Source: Octopus vulgaris
Lineage: Eukaryota
Direction: 5' to 3'
NCBI GenBank assembly: GCA_951406725.2
Contig: OX597819.1
Coordinates: 134,106,001-134,170,000 of the forward strand
Length of the DNA stretch: 64,000 nucleotides
Under the pieces are notes generated by a model. The model did no database searches and was not told the origin of the DNA. It worked only from the letters and a program-made list of their open reading frames with translations. Each line of letters starts with the position of its first letter. Position 1 is the stretch's first letter. Position numbers and translations under genes: made by a program. Positions 45,836-60,312 of this stretch are shown here, one piece after another.

Positions 45836-48800
45836 TGTGTGGTTTCTTTCAATGTTTCTCTGGGCATTTTTAATTCATTATATCTTTGTGGTTAAGATTT
45901 ATTGTATTTTATTTCTTGCATATGAATTATTTTTGGTGAGTCTGTTTTATGTATTCCAAAGCTTATACAAACATACACACATGTGGTGGGGTGAGTATAT
46001 AAGTTATTCTATTTCTTTGGGTCTTTGGTTAGATTCTTTTGTTCTCTTATTTTCTCAAACATTTCTTTAATATATTTTCCAACTTTCTTCTATAGTTTTC
46101 TTTAATCTTTGAATTGACAGATACTAGCTAATAATGGTTGCTTGTTTATAGTTTTAAATCCAATTCTTCTGACATTTTTATAATTTAATTTTAAATTCAC
46201 CCATGAAACAGAACTCCTGTAGCTCCCGACTTTTCCGTATTGTCGAAATTCCAAATGCGATAAGGTGTGTTAGGTACATTTCATTTAATTACAAAATTTA
46301 ATGTTGGAGTACAGTGAGTTCAAAATTTCTTAAATAATATATTTTTAGCCATTCAAATATTTAAGTTTGTGGTAAGTTTTATAATCTTGACGTTTAATTT
46401 TTCTAAGTTAAATAAATCCTTTTAAGACAGTTTTATTCATATGTCACATTCAAAAGATTATATTATATGAAACAGCATTAATATCCTTAATACAAGTAAT
46501 GCGCCGTATTTTATAAATCCAGAAGAAGCAATCAATAAACTATAAAATTCAAAATTTGTGGTTATGTGTCAACTTTTACCTCACAATGCTGAGCAGAAGA
46601 GTATTAAATTTAAAAGGAAGCTAAAAACGAGTTTGTGGTTCTGGTCTCGAGGCAAAACAAACAGTTTTATATTGCTGTGTTATGAGTCATGTGAATTTAT
46701 AAAGACGCTATTGTTTTGCAGAAATCTGATATTGGCTGAGACAAACATGTTTTAAACATTAAATATATTTTTACATAATGAACTGCCAAATTAATGTGTT
46801 GATTGTTAATTCTTAGTTTTATATCCTCATTGTTTATATAACTTGGTAACTAAACAAAGAACCAACGAAGTGAACTTGAATTAGTTATGCATAAATATGA
46901 ACTCCTTTAGATTTTTGATTTCACGCCATGAAAAATCTGTGAACACGATATATTATAAACACAAACATGATTTAATATGAAAATAACTGCATTAGTAATT
47001 TATCATTTTAATTCAACATTTCTCCCTTTGTGTAATATTTTTGATTTTGTTTTGTTTTTAACTGTTTATTTACTTTTTCACGCATCAGCTCGTGAAATAT
47101 TCATCCATGCAAAAATATAACGCTTCTCGAAGAACTTTGATAATCTTGCGGACCAGGCATTCTACTAAAAACTCTTTTTATTGTGGCGTTAGCAGATGGA
47201 ACTAAAATTTAAATATTTTACATACTCAAATAGATATGGTCGGAATAAACTTCAGAGAAGATTTACTCCAAACAGAAACTTCGATGGCTGCTTAACGATA
47301 TCGAAAACTCTTTCTCGTGATGGTGACGAAAGCAATCGTACTGTTTGAGATTTCACCAACGTTTCTCCCTTTCCTCTTAACGCTTCGCCTGCGAGCGGCA
47401 GCAAAGACAATCGCACTTCGTCGCCGGGGAACGTGATTAATATTTTGATTCTCAGAAAACTTAATTTTCGATAAGAAATATTTTAAGCTACAATATTTGT
47501 TTATGTAACAGTTTCCTTATTTTCGTACGTTGTGTCATCATATATCTGTCTCTTGAACTCATCTCTTCAGCTTGCTATCGTTTCAGAAGCTTTTCCCTTT
47601 TCTGAACTCAGAGCGCAACTGTAAACGACACTTCTGTTATCTCCCAACATATGAAGTACAGAGAGGAACCAATCCACAACCTTCTTTTGCATAGTTTCAG
47701 ACTTCCAACTTCGTCATATAAATTTGAAGCATAGCATAAGTAACTCTCTCTATCTCCGATGATTGATATTAATTTAGTCACAAAACTTCTGGGGAATATC
47801 TCATGAAAATAGCGAAAAACTGGTTAAGGATTTACATGTGTTTTTTGGTAGGTAACTGTAATTTCAATGCTTTTAACAACTACAACTATTCCTATAATAT
47901 TGTGATTCGATATAAGATGAAATAGCATAATCTTATATGTAGGAGACATTTACTTTCTTACTGGAATCGGGATGTCGAATCCTTTTATACTGAAACTAAG
48001 TTTTATCAAGTAGTGAGAGAAAACTACTCCAATATAAAAGAACAGGTACTTCATGGAATAACACCTTTTTCAATAAACCTATATCCTGACTACAGCCACG
48101 TGCTTCATTCACGCATTCGAAACCTATTTTATTTATTATAAAACCATTTTAGACACAAAGGATTCCATTTAGCTTCCGTTCTCTAATGTAGAGCAAAGAT
48201 ATTTGAGATCTTCTTTGGAAATATCTTCTCTGATGTTATAAGTTTAATGGGTTCGTTCTTAGGCTCGATCCATGTTTTCATTACACCTTTCAATATTAAT
48301 TCAACAGACATTAATTTTACCTTGAGATTTGGCCGGCACTAGTTCTATAATTTCTCTCTACATATACATTAGCTATAGAAACAGCTATTACAGCAACTGA
48401 AGGAATTGTTAAGCTTCGTCTCATTGGTCAGATTTATTGCACACACACATTTCTTTATACATTTCTTTGCATACACTTTTAAACTTGATAAACTCCTTTT
48501 AATATTAAAATGGCAAGCAAAACTTCTTCAGCTGAAAAATGAATGTTGACTGTATTCTGTTGCAGGCATTATGAAAAGACATACCATTTTTTACCTGTGT
48601 CTCCTATCGGGACATCGTACGCAATATAACCTCTTTTTTGAGCAAAAATAAAATATTGATTTACAATATTAGTCATCTTCTCTTCGACCTACTCACTTCC
48701 TAACCTCATTTGCTTATTCCTTGTCAAAATCGTTAGAGAATAACTTTACTTTTCCGGAGCAAAAGACTGACAGAAGAGTTTTATTTAATAACACTATGCT

Positions 48801-50019
48801 TATTGAAATCATGCGTGTTTGTGTATCTTTGTCTGTAGCATTTGTGGAATGTGGGTGAGTGTGTTAATGTTCAAAAAGCAATATTACTCGGATTGACAAA
48901 AATATCAATGAAAACATACAACTTTTCTATCGGTTCTATATTCAATTATTTTCTATATTCAATTTAATCCATAACATTCGACCTTGTTATTACTTTATTC
49001 AACTGAAATATGTCTTCTATTTCAAGCTTATCTGTGTGTGTGTGTGTTGAATGTAGATACGTTACAATTCTCTCTGTTGCTTTTAATCTGAGAGGAGGAG
49101 TATAATTTAGTTAAGGACGCCAACATTGTGTTATTCAAAGCAAGAGTCTCTTCTTATATTTTCCAAACAGAAGTAAAATAAAATATATCAATCATGTTTA
49201 TTGATTAGTAGTTGTTAGTCCATGCCTCACACAGTTTCTTTTGATACCCTAACGTTCCTATTGAAATGTGGCCAGAGAGAATTTAAGAAACATTATCTAT
49301 ATCGCTGTAAGTTTAGGTCGATAATCTTATATATTTATTGCATTTTTGTCAAAGTTATAATTATAGATTTCTAGGAAAAGTGGTATTTATCTGGCGCCAT
49401 ATTCTAAATCCTCCCCAGTAAGTTATAATTACAAAACTTCCATGAAATAACTTGATAAAAATCATAAAATGATGAGCATGAAATATGTGTCGAGTTGAAA
49501 ACGGAGAAAATTACTTTAAGTAAAATGATAATAAAGATATAAAAAGCATAAATATGGTGTAAAAGAATTTTGTAAATCTGCTTCGAGGGAAAATATGTCA
49601 GTATTTCAATGCATCCTTTACTGTTTGATATTTTGTGATAACCATTCATTTCTTTAGAACATCAATTTATTTTAATAGATCTTACTTGGTTATTATTCAA
49701 GCAATGATCATGAATCAAGCTGAAAAGATATTCGGCAAATAACAGTAAACGAGGAGTAAAAACGTATCGATATTTTTTTTTCTTAACAACTACGAAAGGC
49801 TGAGTCTACTCGAGCAGAAAGTGAACTCGAAATTGTTATTTTTAAAAAGTCGCCGTCGATAAAAATGTATTTTAGAAAAATTATATACTTCATTAAACTA
49901 CATTCACAGACGAGGAAGTCATGTAACCCCCCCCCCACCTCTACCAAGTATATGATGCTTTCATATTTTCTTGATTTTTGAGGGATAAAAGAAATTGTCT
50001 ACTTTGTGTTTGCATTCTT

Positions 50020-50460
50020 CAGTCTTCTTTGCTTTTTGAAATGTCGCATACATCATCTCGTATTACATATTATTAAAATAACATATGCAGTTTCTCTTAG
50101 CACCAATATTATTTTTAATATTTATCCCCCATTTAAATTTACACTGCTATGTTCTCTCATTCTTATCCGCATAAAATTTATCTTCAAGAAAAGACAACTT
50201 CATGCGGATTATCAGTTAAACCATGCTACTTCTTAGCCACTCCCGTTAAGACAGTTGCCACTTGTTTAGATATTGATGCACTCACTCACAATGGCTTTTT
50301 CCCTTTCCTTGCGGCATTAAATTTATTTGAAAATCCCACATTATGTATGCCTATACTGTATATACAACAGTGTTTTTCCCCGTTTTCCCCGATCAAATCA
50401 CAATCACGCATTATTGATCAACCCCTGGCTACCGCAATGTCTGTGAAACGAACTTCCTAA
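50020..50460 (-). pseudogene. Possible highly decayed Pif1/Helitron helicase segment
   Basis: Weak echoes of Walker A (LIGENGEK), motif Ia (SASISKQVATVLTG) and LRETAYVILII in the expected order. Confidence 0.25.
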
Positions 50461-51404
50461 GTGTACTCAGCCATATCTACATCTATCTGAATTTGCTTCG
50501 TAACTTTGAACTATTCTTAGCATCGTCCTCTGCTAGAGACCAGTAGAAACCTATGGTTAAAAATGTTTTCTCATTCCTTGAAATGTGTCCAGGAGAAATC
50601 TTAGACAGTGCATTCTTATTTTAAGAATTAAGTTCATTGACTGGTTTCATTCGATATTTCAAGTTCCTGTTGGTGATATTTTATAATTATCATTGAAACC
50701 GTCTCTTTTCATTTAGTGTTGTGCAGATTTTTGTGCTGCAACAAATCTTGTTGATACACAATATAGTGCTCGATAGTGTGTTATGTTCGTCGTTTTGTGA
50801 GTAGTTTATCGCGAAACTTGTTTGAATTCTAAGACTTTGAGCGTATCAGTGTAATTGTTGATCGATGAGAACAGCTCTTCATAAACCGCTTCAACAATGT
50901 AATCACAATATTTAATACAATGCTGATAGCTCTGTAAAATTGGTGTTATTTGTTCCACGTCTTTACAAGAAGCTGCCCACTGTGATTTTTCTTTGAAACA
51001 ATCCGCAATTATATTTTCGTGTTGTAACTCGCTAGAAATGATCGCCATACCAATTACTATTATTTCCCATTCGGTTATCGCCAAACTAGTAGCATCGACT
51101 GTAACGAATCCTTCTCTTCGCTGAATTAACTGCAAAACTGAAAAAAGTTCTATCATCCAGGTGACATAGGTTCAAATGGAAATAAGTGATCTCTTAATAC
51201 AATCGCACCAATGAAGTCAACGAATCAAAACAGGGGCAGAGTTTTGGTAACGTACACGATCGGATTAGATTAATAATTATTCCAGCTGAGAGAAATTTTA
51301 TTGATTGGTAATTGCGTAAACCTGTTGCTAATGTGTTTCGTCTTTCCTTGAAATGATTTTCATTCCTCCGTATATCAAATTTTCAAAAACTAAAATACCA
51401 AGCA

Positions 51405-51406
<2 letters not shown>

Positions 51407-51461
<55 letters not shown>
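51407..51461. repeat. (CT)n microsatellite
   Basis: Pure CT run. Confidence 0.95.
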
Positions 51462-51462
<1 letters not shown>

Positions 51463-51949
51463 AATCACTTACATAAAATGTCATATTGTTTTGTTTCTGT
51501 TTTTTTCTTACAAATTAGACTTTATCTGCAGCAGCCTCTTCGAAACGAGAGCAGACATTTTGTGAATGACGTAATCGTGCAATCAAACAGCATATTAAGA
51601 ATGGCTAATTCGCAGTGGTTAGACCAGTTGAATGGGGCGAATTCTGGTGCAGAAATCAACTGATATTTGTAAAAGATTATTAGTAATGCTGCTGCTTCTT
51701 TTCATTTCATGGCCTTCACTTTGCCTGCAGCATTAAAGAATCGGGGGACGCAAATTTAGTTTCAGTTTTCTCATTGAATTAATCTCGTCGATTAACTGAT
51801 TCTTGGAAATATAAAATAAAAGGCTTCACAACTCAGTGATAATAGTTTTGAGAATTACACACACACACACACACACACATAAACCTGAATCGAGCTAGAG
51901 AAATAATCACTCACTTAATGACCTTAGCTCATCAGATTTAGATGCAGTA

Positions 51950-53900
51950 GCTATCAGCGGGACTGGAAGTTCTGAGGCATGTGCAACCATGCTTCTTCTC
52001 AATAGCTACGAGATGTCCGCATATTTAAGTCGGTTGGTATTGAGTGGGTGACATTGTTGTTTCGGAAAGTCTGCATCTCAATGTTACGCTTAAGCAATAT
52101 TCGGTGATTTGGCAGAGAAAACCATTGATGTTGTCTTCCCAGTTATTAATGACATGACTGTGGAGCGACAAGACGTCTTCAGACATCTTGAGTCGTTCAT
52201 GGGAATGTTTGTGGGTGACTAGAATGTTATCTTCCAGGCACTCTGGGGTTGCCTTGAAGTATCCTATACGTGAAGGGTGTTAAAACACACAAACATGTCC
52301 AGGTGTTTCCAACTCGATGACTTTCGCGAATGTACAATTGGACAAACTACACAAAGTACTTGTTACATCATCAACTAGAAAAAACACGCTGTCCATAATT
52401 TCGTCTGCAGGATTGTCGTCCGCACAGCTAACTAAGAGAAGACGCTCAGACAAGGACTCGCTTACTAGAAGCTTAACGAGTCGGGGCTTTTCCCTGATAC
52501 AGAAGAGCTATGATGATTGGATTATCGAAGCAGCTAAGCGTGAGGTGATGGGTTTATTATCAATAATCGATGGAATTCCTCTCTGAAGAGAGCGTTTGGT
52601 GTAGAATCAGTAATATATAGAAAGAAATTACCAATAGAAAGCAATGTATTAGATGGGCAGTTGGTCAGCAAATGAAAGAGTCGATTAGAAAAGGCTTAAC
52701 ACACATGCTGGTAATGAAAATGAGGCATGATATTACTTCCGTACAAAATGAGAAAACTGCATCTTCAGAAAGAGGCTTCCTGCCCTTAATCACAAGGAAG
52801 CAAAAACCGTTCCATGCTCACAAGTGGCAAAGGTGGGATGTGACAGCAAAGCAACTATTAGGTCTTTGACAGTTTATATTGGATGGGTGTTATTCGGTAC
52901 CCGGTGTATGTGCGCAGTCCTCCAATCGCACTTTTCGCAACTCTCCGTGGGTAATGAGAGACCAGAGACGGTGGAATTACTTTCTACCCAACGATTTAAT
53001 GTGGTTCTCGGTGAGAAACTAATAATGGCTGAGAAAAACTCAGTGTTTTGTGAATGCACAAGAGACAAAATCGTCTGGTTTGGATGGTTTGCTCAACGCT
53101 CTTTATTCATCCCAAATCTGTTCTCTCGTGTTTTGGTAGACATAGCAGTGCACCACACACAAGTTTCGATTCCTTTTTTTCAGAACCTGAATCGTCTCGA
53201 TGTACAACAGCATCTTATCAGAGATACCGGCAGTCTTTCGAGTTTTTTTTCCGAATCACTCGTTTTCTCAGCATCCCTGATGCTTCTCCTTCCAACTGAG
53301 AGAAGTTTTCAGTGTCCTTATTGCTTCTGTACTTTTTTTTATTTTCGACCTATTGTTGCGAAAAACTTGAAGAAGCATCTCCTTCCAACTGAGAGACGAG
53401 AAGTTCGAGTTGGCATCAGCAGAAATTGCCACCGTGACGATATCAGACACTTTCTAAATTGAGGTGATCGACACGGCATTGAAGAAATACGAGGTGTAAC
53501 ACAGAAGCGTTGGTACAAGTCGCTGGTCCTCCATTGGACACCGGAAAAGGAAGATCCATAGCAGCCAGCTTGACTGCTTTATGTCAGAATACCAATTGAA
53601 TTGGAACTTGGATGACCTCACAAGCTAAGTGAACAGTTGTATCAAGAGATAAACCGAGATGAAGCTTATCCTAACGAGTCAGGTAGAGAGACAGAGCATA
53701 TGCATCGCCTCCCTTATTCATTGCCATTTGACTGTTGTGTTTAAATCCAGTTTCTATTTGACCATATTAGAAAGCTTTATCACTTTTTATAGAAGTTTCC
53801 GTAGGTTAGAATCTCCATTTGCAACCAACACTTCTCCGAATGAAGGATTCCGTGTTCTTTGGCCTTTCACGTTGTGCTTCACTACTCTGAGTCTGTACCA
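51950..53900 (-). mobile_element. Highly decayed APE-type non-LTR retrotransposon (L2/CR1-like)
   Basis: More GC-rich block. Minus-strand remnants LLSIGNF (GDFN-like) and, across a frameshift, HRVGNT/LDMFV (H..GNTLD-like), in APE order. Confidence 0.4.
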
Positions 53901-54009
53901 TAGGTGCTGACCTCATCTAACCTGAATGGAGTTGTCTCATCGTGTAGTTAGGAAGGATCGTCATTATTTTTGTCTTTTGTTCATATCTATATATATATAT
54001 ATATATATT

Positions 54010-54172
54010 ATTTGCGCAGTGTATTTGTAATTCATATTTGATATTTCATGATACCTTGTGTAAATCTCTTACCGCTCAATTATATTATGTACATCACTAT
54101 ATTATGTACATGACCGCAGATCTCCTATCCGCTCTAATTAGTAACAGGCCCTTGCGGCAAATAAAGAGAACA
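54010..54172 (+). mobile_element. Probable Tx1-type LINE 3' UTR fragment
   Basis: Ends GGCCCTTGCGGCAAATAAAAGAG before (ATT)n, resembling the GCCCTT..GCAAATA end at 26947-26971. Confidence 0.4.
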
Positions 54173-54192
54173 CCATTATTATTATTATTATT

Positions 54193-54408
54193 CGGGTGAT
54201 ATTGACCGAATCAAAAACGCGCTGAGTGCCTTGTGGTATTACTTTTGGTTTTTTACGTTGTGTGTTAAAAATTCTGCGATAGTCAACTCTGCTTTCATCC
54301 CTCAATGCCGATAAAATAAGGCACTAGTTAAGTACTGGAACCAGTGATATCGACTGACCCCCACCTCCTCTTAAAAATTGCAGGTCTTGTGCTAAAATTT
54401 GAAAGTAG
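54193..54408 (+). mobile_element. Family-B SINE (old)
   Basis: GCTTTCATCC..CGATAAAATAAG..AGTACTGG..AAAATTGCAGGTCTTGTGC. Confidence 0.7.
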
Positions 54409-56214
54409 GAATAGTTTTTTGAATTGGTTCGGTGGAGGAATCGGACTTGTATTTATTGTGAAACGGAGAAATGTCCTCCTTGTTTATTTTGGATGGAATA
54501 ATAAAGAATTGTCGTTGGAAAATCTATATTTTGCGAACTTTCGCTGACTTGCTTGACAAAATGCTGTATTCCTCTTGGTGCTAAGCGCAAACGTGGTAGT
54601 TACGTACACGCCTGCAGGGAATTTTGTAAACATTTTCAAAATTTTGCCAACCAGAACACCTATTTCAAAATTGGCAATATGAAAAGAAAAATATAACAGA
54701 AGCATTTACACTACACCCAAAGAAGTGGAAATTCTACAAATGGCAAATAAAAACGTTGGCGTCAAAAAAGAAGTCTTTTGCTAAAGTTGTCTTGAAAGAA
54801 AATTCGAATATCGGTTAACTCTCTGAAACAGTTTGTAGAAGAATAACTATACCACGAAAACTATTTTTTAGCCGACCATCATGTCAAAGGGAGGGCGAAG
54901 AAGGAGCCATACTACTGACTCTTGAAAGGCGAAATGTTGTGTGTTATCACAAGTAATCAGCTAATGTGGATATCAGCCGATGTGTAGAACGATATAGTTT
55001 TCCCTAAATCACTGTTACGGGAGTTCTTCAGATCTTCAAGACCAAGGACTAACCTGGACGAGAGGCCGAGGTGGTGTTACATACATTTGCTCACACACCT
55101 ATATTGCAATATAAGGACCAGCATATTACAAGTGTCGCATTCAGAGACCCTTAGCTTGTTTTTACTTTTGAAACACAGTATGATCACGTGTCCCAACTTG
55201 ACCAGAAGTGACATTAGGTTGAGGAATGTTGGTATGGACATTCAGATATTTATGATACTCTCGAAAATTCCGGAATTCTTCTAGTGCCATATGCCATCCA
55301 TACGTGTACGGCAGAAATCGCAGTAACTATATGAGACAGTAAGGATCATCTGAGTATTGCTGGGGCTTCCCCAAAAGTTCGTTTTATCGTAAATGCCGCA
55401 TCCTGTCAATCGGGAAATAGTTGGGCATGAATCCGATGGCCACCACTTTGAAGTGGTATTACCTCATCCCACCGTTCTGCGACGATGAAGGATGAATAGA
55501 GATTGAAGTGCGATTTCAATCTGTCGTGAAGCGATGAGTGAAAAGCTAACCGTAACCTAAACAAATCGTTCGAAGAGACTTGAGGGAAGGGACCCTGAAA
55601 CGTAGATGTGTTTGTATTACAGAAGAGTTTCAATTGGATCTGTTGTGGTTAAAGATGTTGTATGACGAACATGACTGAAGGCAATGTTTTTCTGTTTGGT
55701 CAACCATCAACGACCTCTTCAAGAGGAAGTTGAGGATTGAAAGCGATGGAGATGTTGACCTGAGAGGGGAGCATGGTCGAAGTAAATGAAATCACTACAA
55801 ACATGCGTCTGGCTAATATACTTGAGAGAAAACACACGTGTCTATACTCGTATGTATGTATCTTATTGTAAGTGTGTATGTATTGTTTGGCAATCGTCGA
55901 GAAATCGAAAATCTACCACACTTTGATTATTCTCGGTTATACAGAGAACACGTGACTGATTTGAATCTATTTTAATCGCAGATTATCTTCAAACTTTTAA
56001 ACAATAGTTTTAAAAAGTAGAAACCGTGTTGTGAGCTTTACTCACCAATATAGCGCTTGCAATGTGTTTTTTTTTCTCTAAATAAGTACAAGGAATTGCA
56101 GATAAATTGAGACAATTTTTACGATGCATAAAACTGGTTATAAATACTAAAATAATGGCAGTAGGCAGATGTAATAAATGTTGCATTAAAATTATAACAA
56201 AAACATTCATCGCT

Positions 56215-57212
56215 CAATATGGCCGTCTTTTGGGGCAATTACTGCCTCCACACGAGAACGAAATTTGTTTGCAACTGTTGCAACCTCCGTCTTCTTGATT
56301 TGCGTGCCGCATGCACGATGCAGGTCTTCAAACTGTTGACACTTGAGTGTGGTGAAGCATTGGTCCTTGCTTGAAGTACGCCTCATAAAAAGTGATCGAG
56401 AGGGTTGAGATCTGGGCTATTACTGGGTCAGAGGTTGGCCCTCGTAAAAAAGTAGCACCTTCTCACCACGGAAGGCCAGTGTTGCTTTTTACCCATGGCA
56501 TGGTGCAGAATTCTGGATAAGCACCACATTGTCAAGCCCAAACTTCGGCTCCATCCAAAGTAACAGAGAATTCTTCAGGATGTTCAGATGTTCCTTTGTG
56601 CCGATCTTCAAGCCAAGGAAGTGTGGATCCATGATACTTCCATAACACGCCACGGCTCCAAATACCATCACATCGGCAGAATTCTTAGTCTCAAACACGG
56701 GGGGTCATCAGAAGGGTTGTATGCAATCATTCGAGAATTTCTACAATTCACCTCAGCGTCTACAGTGAACTTCTCGTCCACAAGCTCGAGAGCTTTTCTG
56801 CACCTTGATGCTCGATGAATGAGAGAAGCTTTGAGCATCTCTCGGCTCTGATTGCTTTGTCCTTGGCTCTTAGGAGGTGACGGCGTTGTCGAACATAGCT
56901 AGTCGTGCCAAGGTTCCTGTTCACAACTTGGGGCACCGAGGAAAGGGACACATTGCGTTTCTTTGCAAGAGTTGTCATGGATGTCGATGGGTTGGCTTCA
57001 ATCGAAGGTTTGAGGACAGCGAGAAACTTTGGATTACGCTTGGAATCACTTCGAGTCTTGTGTTCTTTTCTATCAATCTTTCTCTCTTCTTTAAATTGTT
57101 TATACACACAATAAACTGTTGCTTCTAGAAGTTTCGTCAACTTAACAATTCTATTGGCAGTGTGCCCGGCGCGCGCTAAAACAACAACGGCGGAACGATT
57201 CTTTTGTTCCAT
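56215..57212 (-). pseudogene. Tc1/mariner DD37D (maT-like) transposase pseudogene
   Basis: MEQKNRSAVVVL..IEANPSTSM..LAKKRNVS.., VDEKFTVD..N..NSR, VMVFGAV, IQNSAPCHG, PSNSPDLNPLD. Confidence 0.88.
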
Positions 57213-57911
57213 GACTTTCTGTTGTCGAATCAGTTCGCTATTTACCCGAAAAATAAAGAGGAAAAGGATTAGATTTTCAAGCAAGAAAGGTTTTGTCAAA
57301 AAAGGAAATGTTAAACCCACTAAATCAACTGCTTCGTCTCAATCTATCTGCAAGGCTTGTATATATTCTAAGAACTTAGTTAAAAGAAAGAACGGTTATC
57401 TACGTTAGATATCTTTGTTTCTCGACCATTTTACTTGCTGAACAAATTCCAACCAAAGTTCCATTATTTACGGCGTTTATTTTAACTCAAATTATTATTG
57501 ATGACTTCATAGATGAGTCTCAAGAAAAACATGTAACACAAGGATTTCTTCCATTGTGATATGTTTCCATATTGGCCTGTCCTATTAAATCATCGATTTT
57601 CCCCTCGAAAACAGGTATTAATAAATTTAGATTAACTTGTATTAATAGAAACCAAACAGGACATTCGAATGATTGTTAGCAATCTCAGATCGAAGCTCTC
57701 CACACTTATATTGTTTTTCAAACGTATGACGCCTGGGGCTCAACGTTGTTGTAATCCAAAGCGTAAAGTTGTATGCACGTTGTGTTCCAGTTTTAATATA
57801 ATCACACCGTTTACCAAAATTTTTAATTTTCCATGAGGAATTGTCGGTTTTTGTGAATAAATGCAGCTATGAGCAGTATATTAAAACTCAGCAGCGTGCT
57901 CAGTAGAGGAA

Positions 57912-58610
57912 GATTTCTTCTCTTCTTGTCTGGAGGCAGCATTCAATCGAGGTGGGTTGAGCTGGCTCCACTCATCCTCAATGCTGCATCTCTCACAAAC
58001 GCCGACCAGGCCTGTCGATTTGAGGCTAACGACCGCGTGATCTCCAACCACTCCTTATTCCAGCGGCGAACCCCGTAGTCATGGGGACCTAGGTTGGATT
58101 CCAGATCAGCCTTGACTGCCATCAGCCAGGTGTTTCGTTGTCCACCACATCGCTTTCGCCAACCCTGAAGGGGAGCTGGGGCAATTGCTTCGTAGATGAA
58201 TTCTCCTGGTTGACAACGGAGGGCATGACCCAGCCAACGCAGACGTCTTGTTAGGATGACTTGTCGGAGGGAGGTCATTTTGCACTGGTGTCGCATCGAA
58301 TTGTTGGAGACAAAGTCCCCTAAAGTCCAACCCCTCCTCATCGTGGTAGGAGGATGAAACGGGAGTAACAGAGCTATGCCGTCGGAGACTTCGGTTTCTG
58401 GTAGGGTCACCCAAGCGGATTGTTCTGACACCCAGCAGTATCAGGGCTGAACCCCGGCTAACGTGGTTCTGGTGAACAGAAGCGTCTGATTCGGCAACCG
58501 GCAGCTTCAACCCCTCCTGTCCCTGCGTCTGTGGAAAATCTACAGCAAACAAGACGTTCTCCCAACAGGGATATACTTGCGGCTGCGAACTTCCTATTCC
58601 CAAGATCCTT
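57912..58610 (-). mobile_element. RTE-clade LINE 3' fragment
   Basis: RRLRWLGHALR..GWRKRCGGQRNTW..LASNRQAW C-terminus, short 3' UTR with CAAGAAGAGAAG tail. Confidence 0.85.
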
Positions 58611-59335
58611 CAATCATTCTTCATGCACATCAGAGGAAGATTTAATGCTCATCAAATGAAAATCAACAGAACTTCAGTTTTACTCTCCCAAAACTATTGA
58701 CGTCTTCCATATTTTTAACCTTAGAAAATAATTTTTTGTCAACATTTCAGAAGCTGATGTAGACAGAAAAAACAAATTGTCACAACGATCATGATTTACT
58801 GTCAGTTATTTTAATTAGACTTTTGAATAAAAATACATTTATAAAATATTGATAACCTGCAGAAATTTGTTGTGTCTGAATTAATAAGGCGTGTATAAAC
58901 TATTTGACTAATTAAACATAACGTTTTGTTTTTTATGTTTGATATTTAGCAAATTAATCATTAGTGTCAATATTTCACTTTCTATAGAACGCTTTTTTTA
59001 ATTATATACTCAGTTCAAGCAAGTGTAATACTTAAATGTTTTTTATATCTTCTCTGGAAAATGTAAGTGTTCATGAAATTAAAAACAATAATTCAAATAT
59101 TTTTACTGTATATTCAGGCATGTAAGGGCGACTTCGCATATACGTTGTGCTCAAATCTCTATAAAAGATTTCAACAAATTTTGCACATTTGTAGGAATAG
59201 AATTTAGTCCCAAAGTTTCAGGTATTGCAATTTTTAGTCTATGCGCCCTTTATTTCTGCTGATTATTACCGTTGTCATTTTCTGCCTCGGTACTAAATGA
59301 CATCTGCCTATAATTGTATACAAGAAGAAAAGTAA

Positions 59336-59445
59336 CTCTTTACTCTCTCTTTTACTCATTTACTTGTTTCAGTCATTTGACTGCGGCCATGCTGGAGCAC
59401 CGCCTTTAGTCGAGCAAATCGACCCCGGGACTTATTCTTTGTAAC
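59336..59445 (-). mobile_element. Family-A SINE 3' end with AGTAAAAGAG-like repeated tail
   Basis: Plus strand CTCTTTTACT..TACTTGTTTCAGTCATTTGACTGCGGCCATGCTGGAGCACCGCC. Confidence 0.85.
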
Positions 59446-60182
59446 GTCGAAAACTTTTGAAATACTTTTTTTTTTCTTTGCCCACTTGAATGACATAATG
59501 TGGATTAAACTTTTGATATCGATTTTAATTACAAATTATATCTACGTAATTCTTCCCCAAATTCAACCGGTGTTCACACTCGTTAAACGTTAGAGATTAC
59601 GAAATTTGTTCAATATTTGTTCTCACCAATTTTGTTTTGTACACTACCTGTTCCACATCTTTAACCTTCGGTATAACATTCAACTTAAAATAAGTTACCT
59701 ATTTCTTTCCTGTAGATAATAAATGTCAAGTAATGTCTAAAAATTATAGAGAAAAAAAGCATCAATACTCATAACCAACATACGTGGCACAATAATTATG
59801 GACAGTCTAGAGTTCGTCTCCATTTAATGAATGTCTAAAGTAACAGGCTAAAATCACTGAGGAAGCCAAGGAGGACGTTCTTGGATCTAGCCTTAGCTCA
59901 GTTGCGACAACTGGCCAGGATCAGAAAGCTGTGTATTGATATACATAGAAACGGTTGCATATTTTATGCATTAATATGAGACGAAGCATAAACATTTCAT
60001 GGATGCTCGAGCTTACGTGTAAATCCTGCAGATATATGATTACACGTAACTGTATGGATGTATATGTTGTGTGTGCGTGTGTATATATATTTAAATGTGT
60101 GTTTATTTGTGTATTGATATTTGTATACCATGTGTGTTTATGTCTGTCTATAGGCGTGTCTATATTTATTTGTATATACTGT

Positions 60183-60226
<44 letters not shown>

Positions 60227-60312
60227 CTCCACAACCGGGCTGTGAGGATTATATAGCTCTCATTTTCGCCTTCCTTAACTATTCGAGGGGTTTTCTTGTT
60301 ATTATTGTTGGT

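Noticed and set aside
52824-53462. 212-aa plus-strand ORF
   Set aside because: No recognisable domain; most likely the antisense of a decayed LINE.
55000-55800. Possible decayed retroelement coding block
   Set aside because: Only vague motif echoes; no class can be supported.
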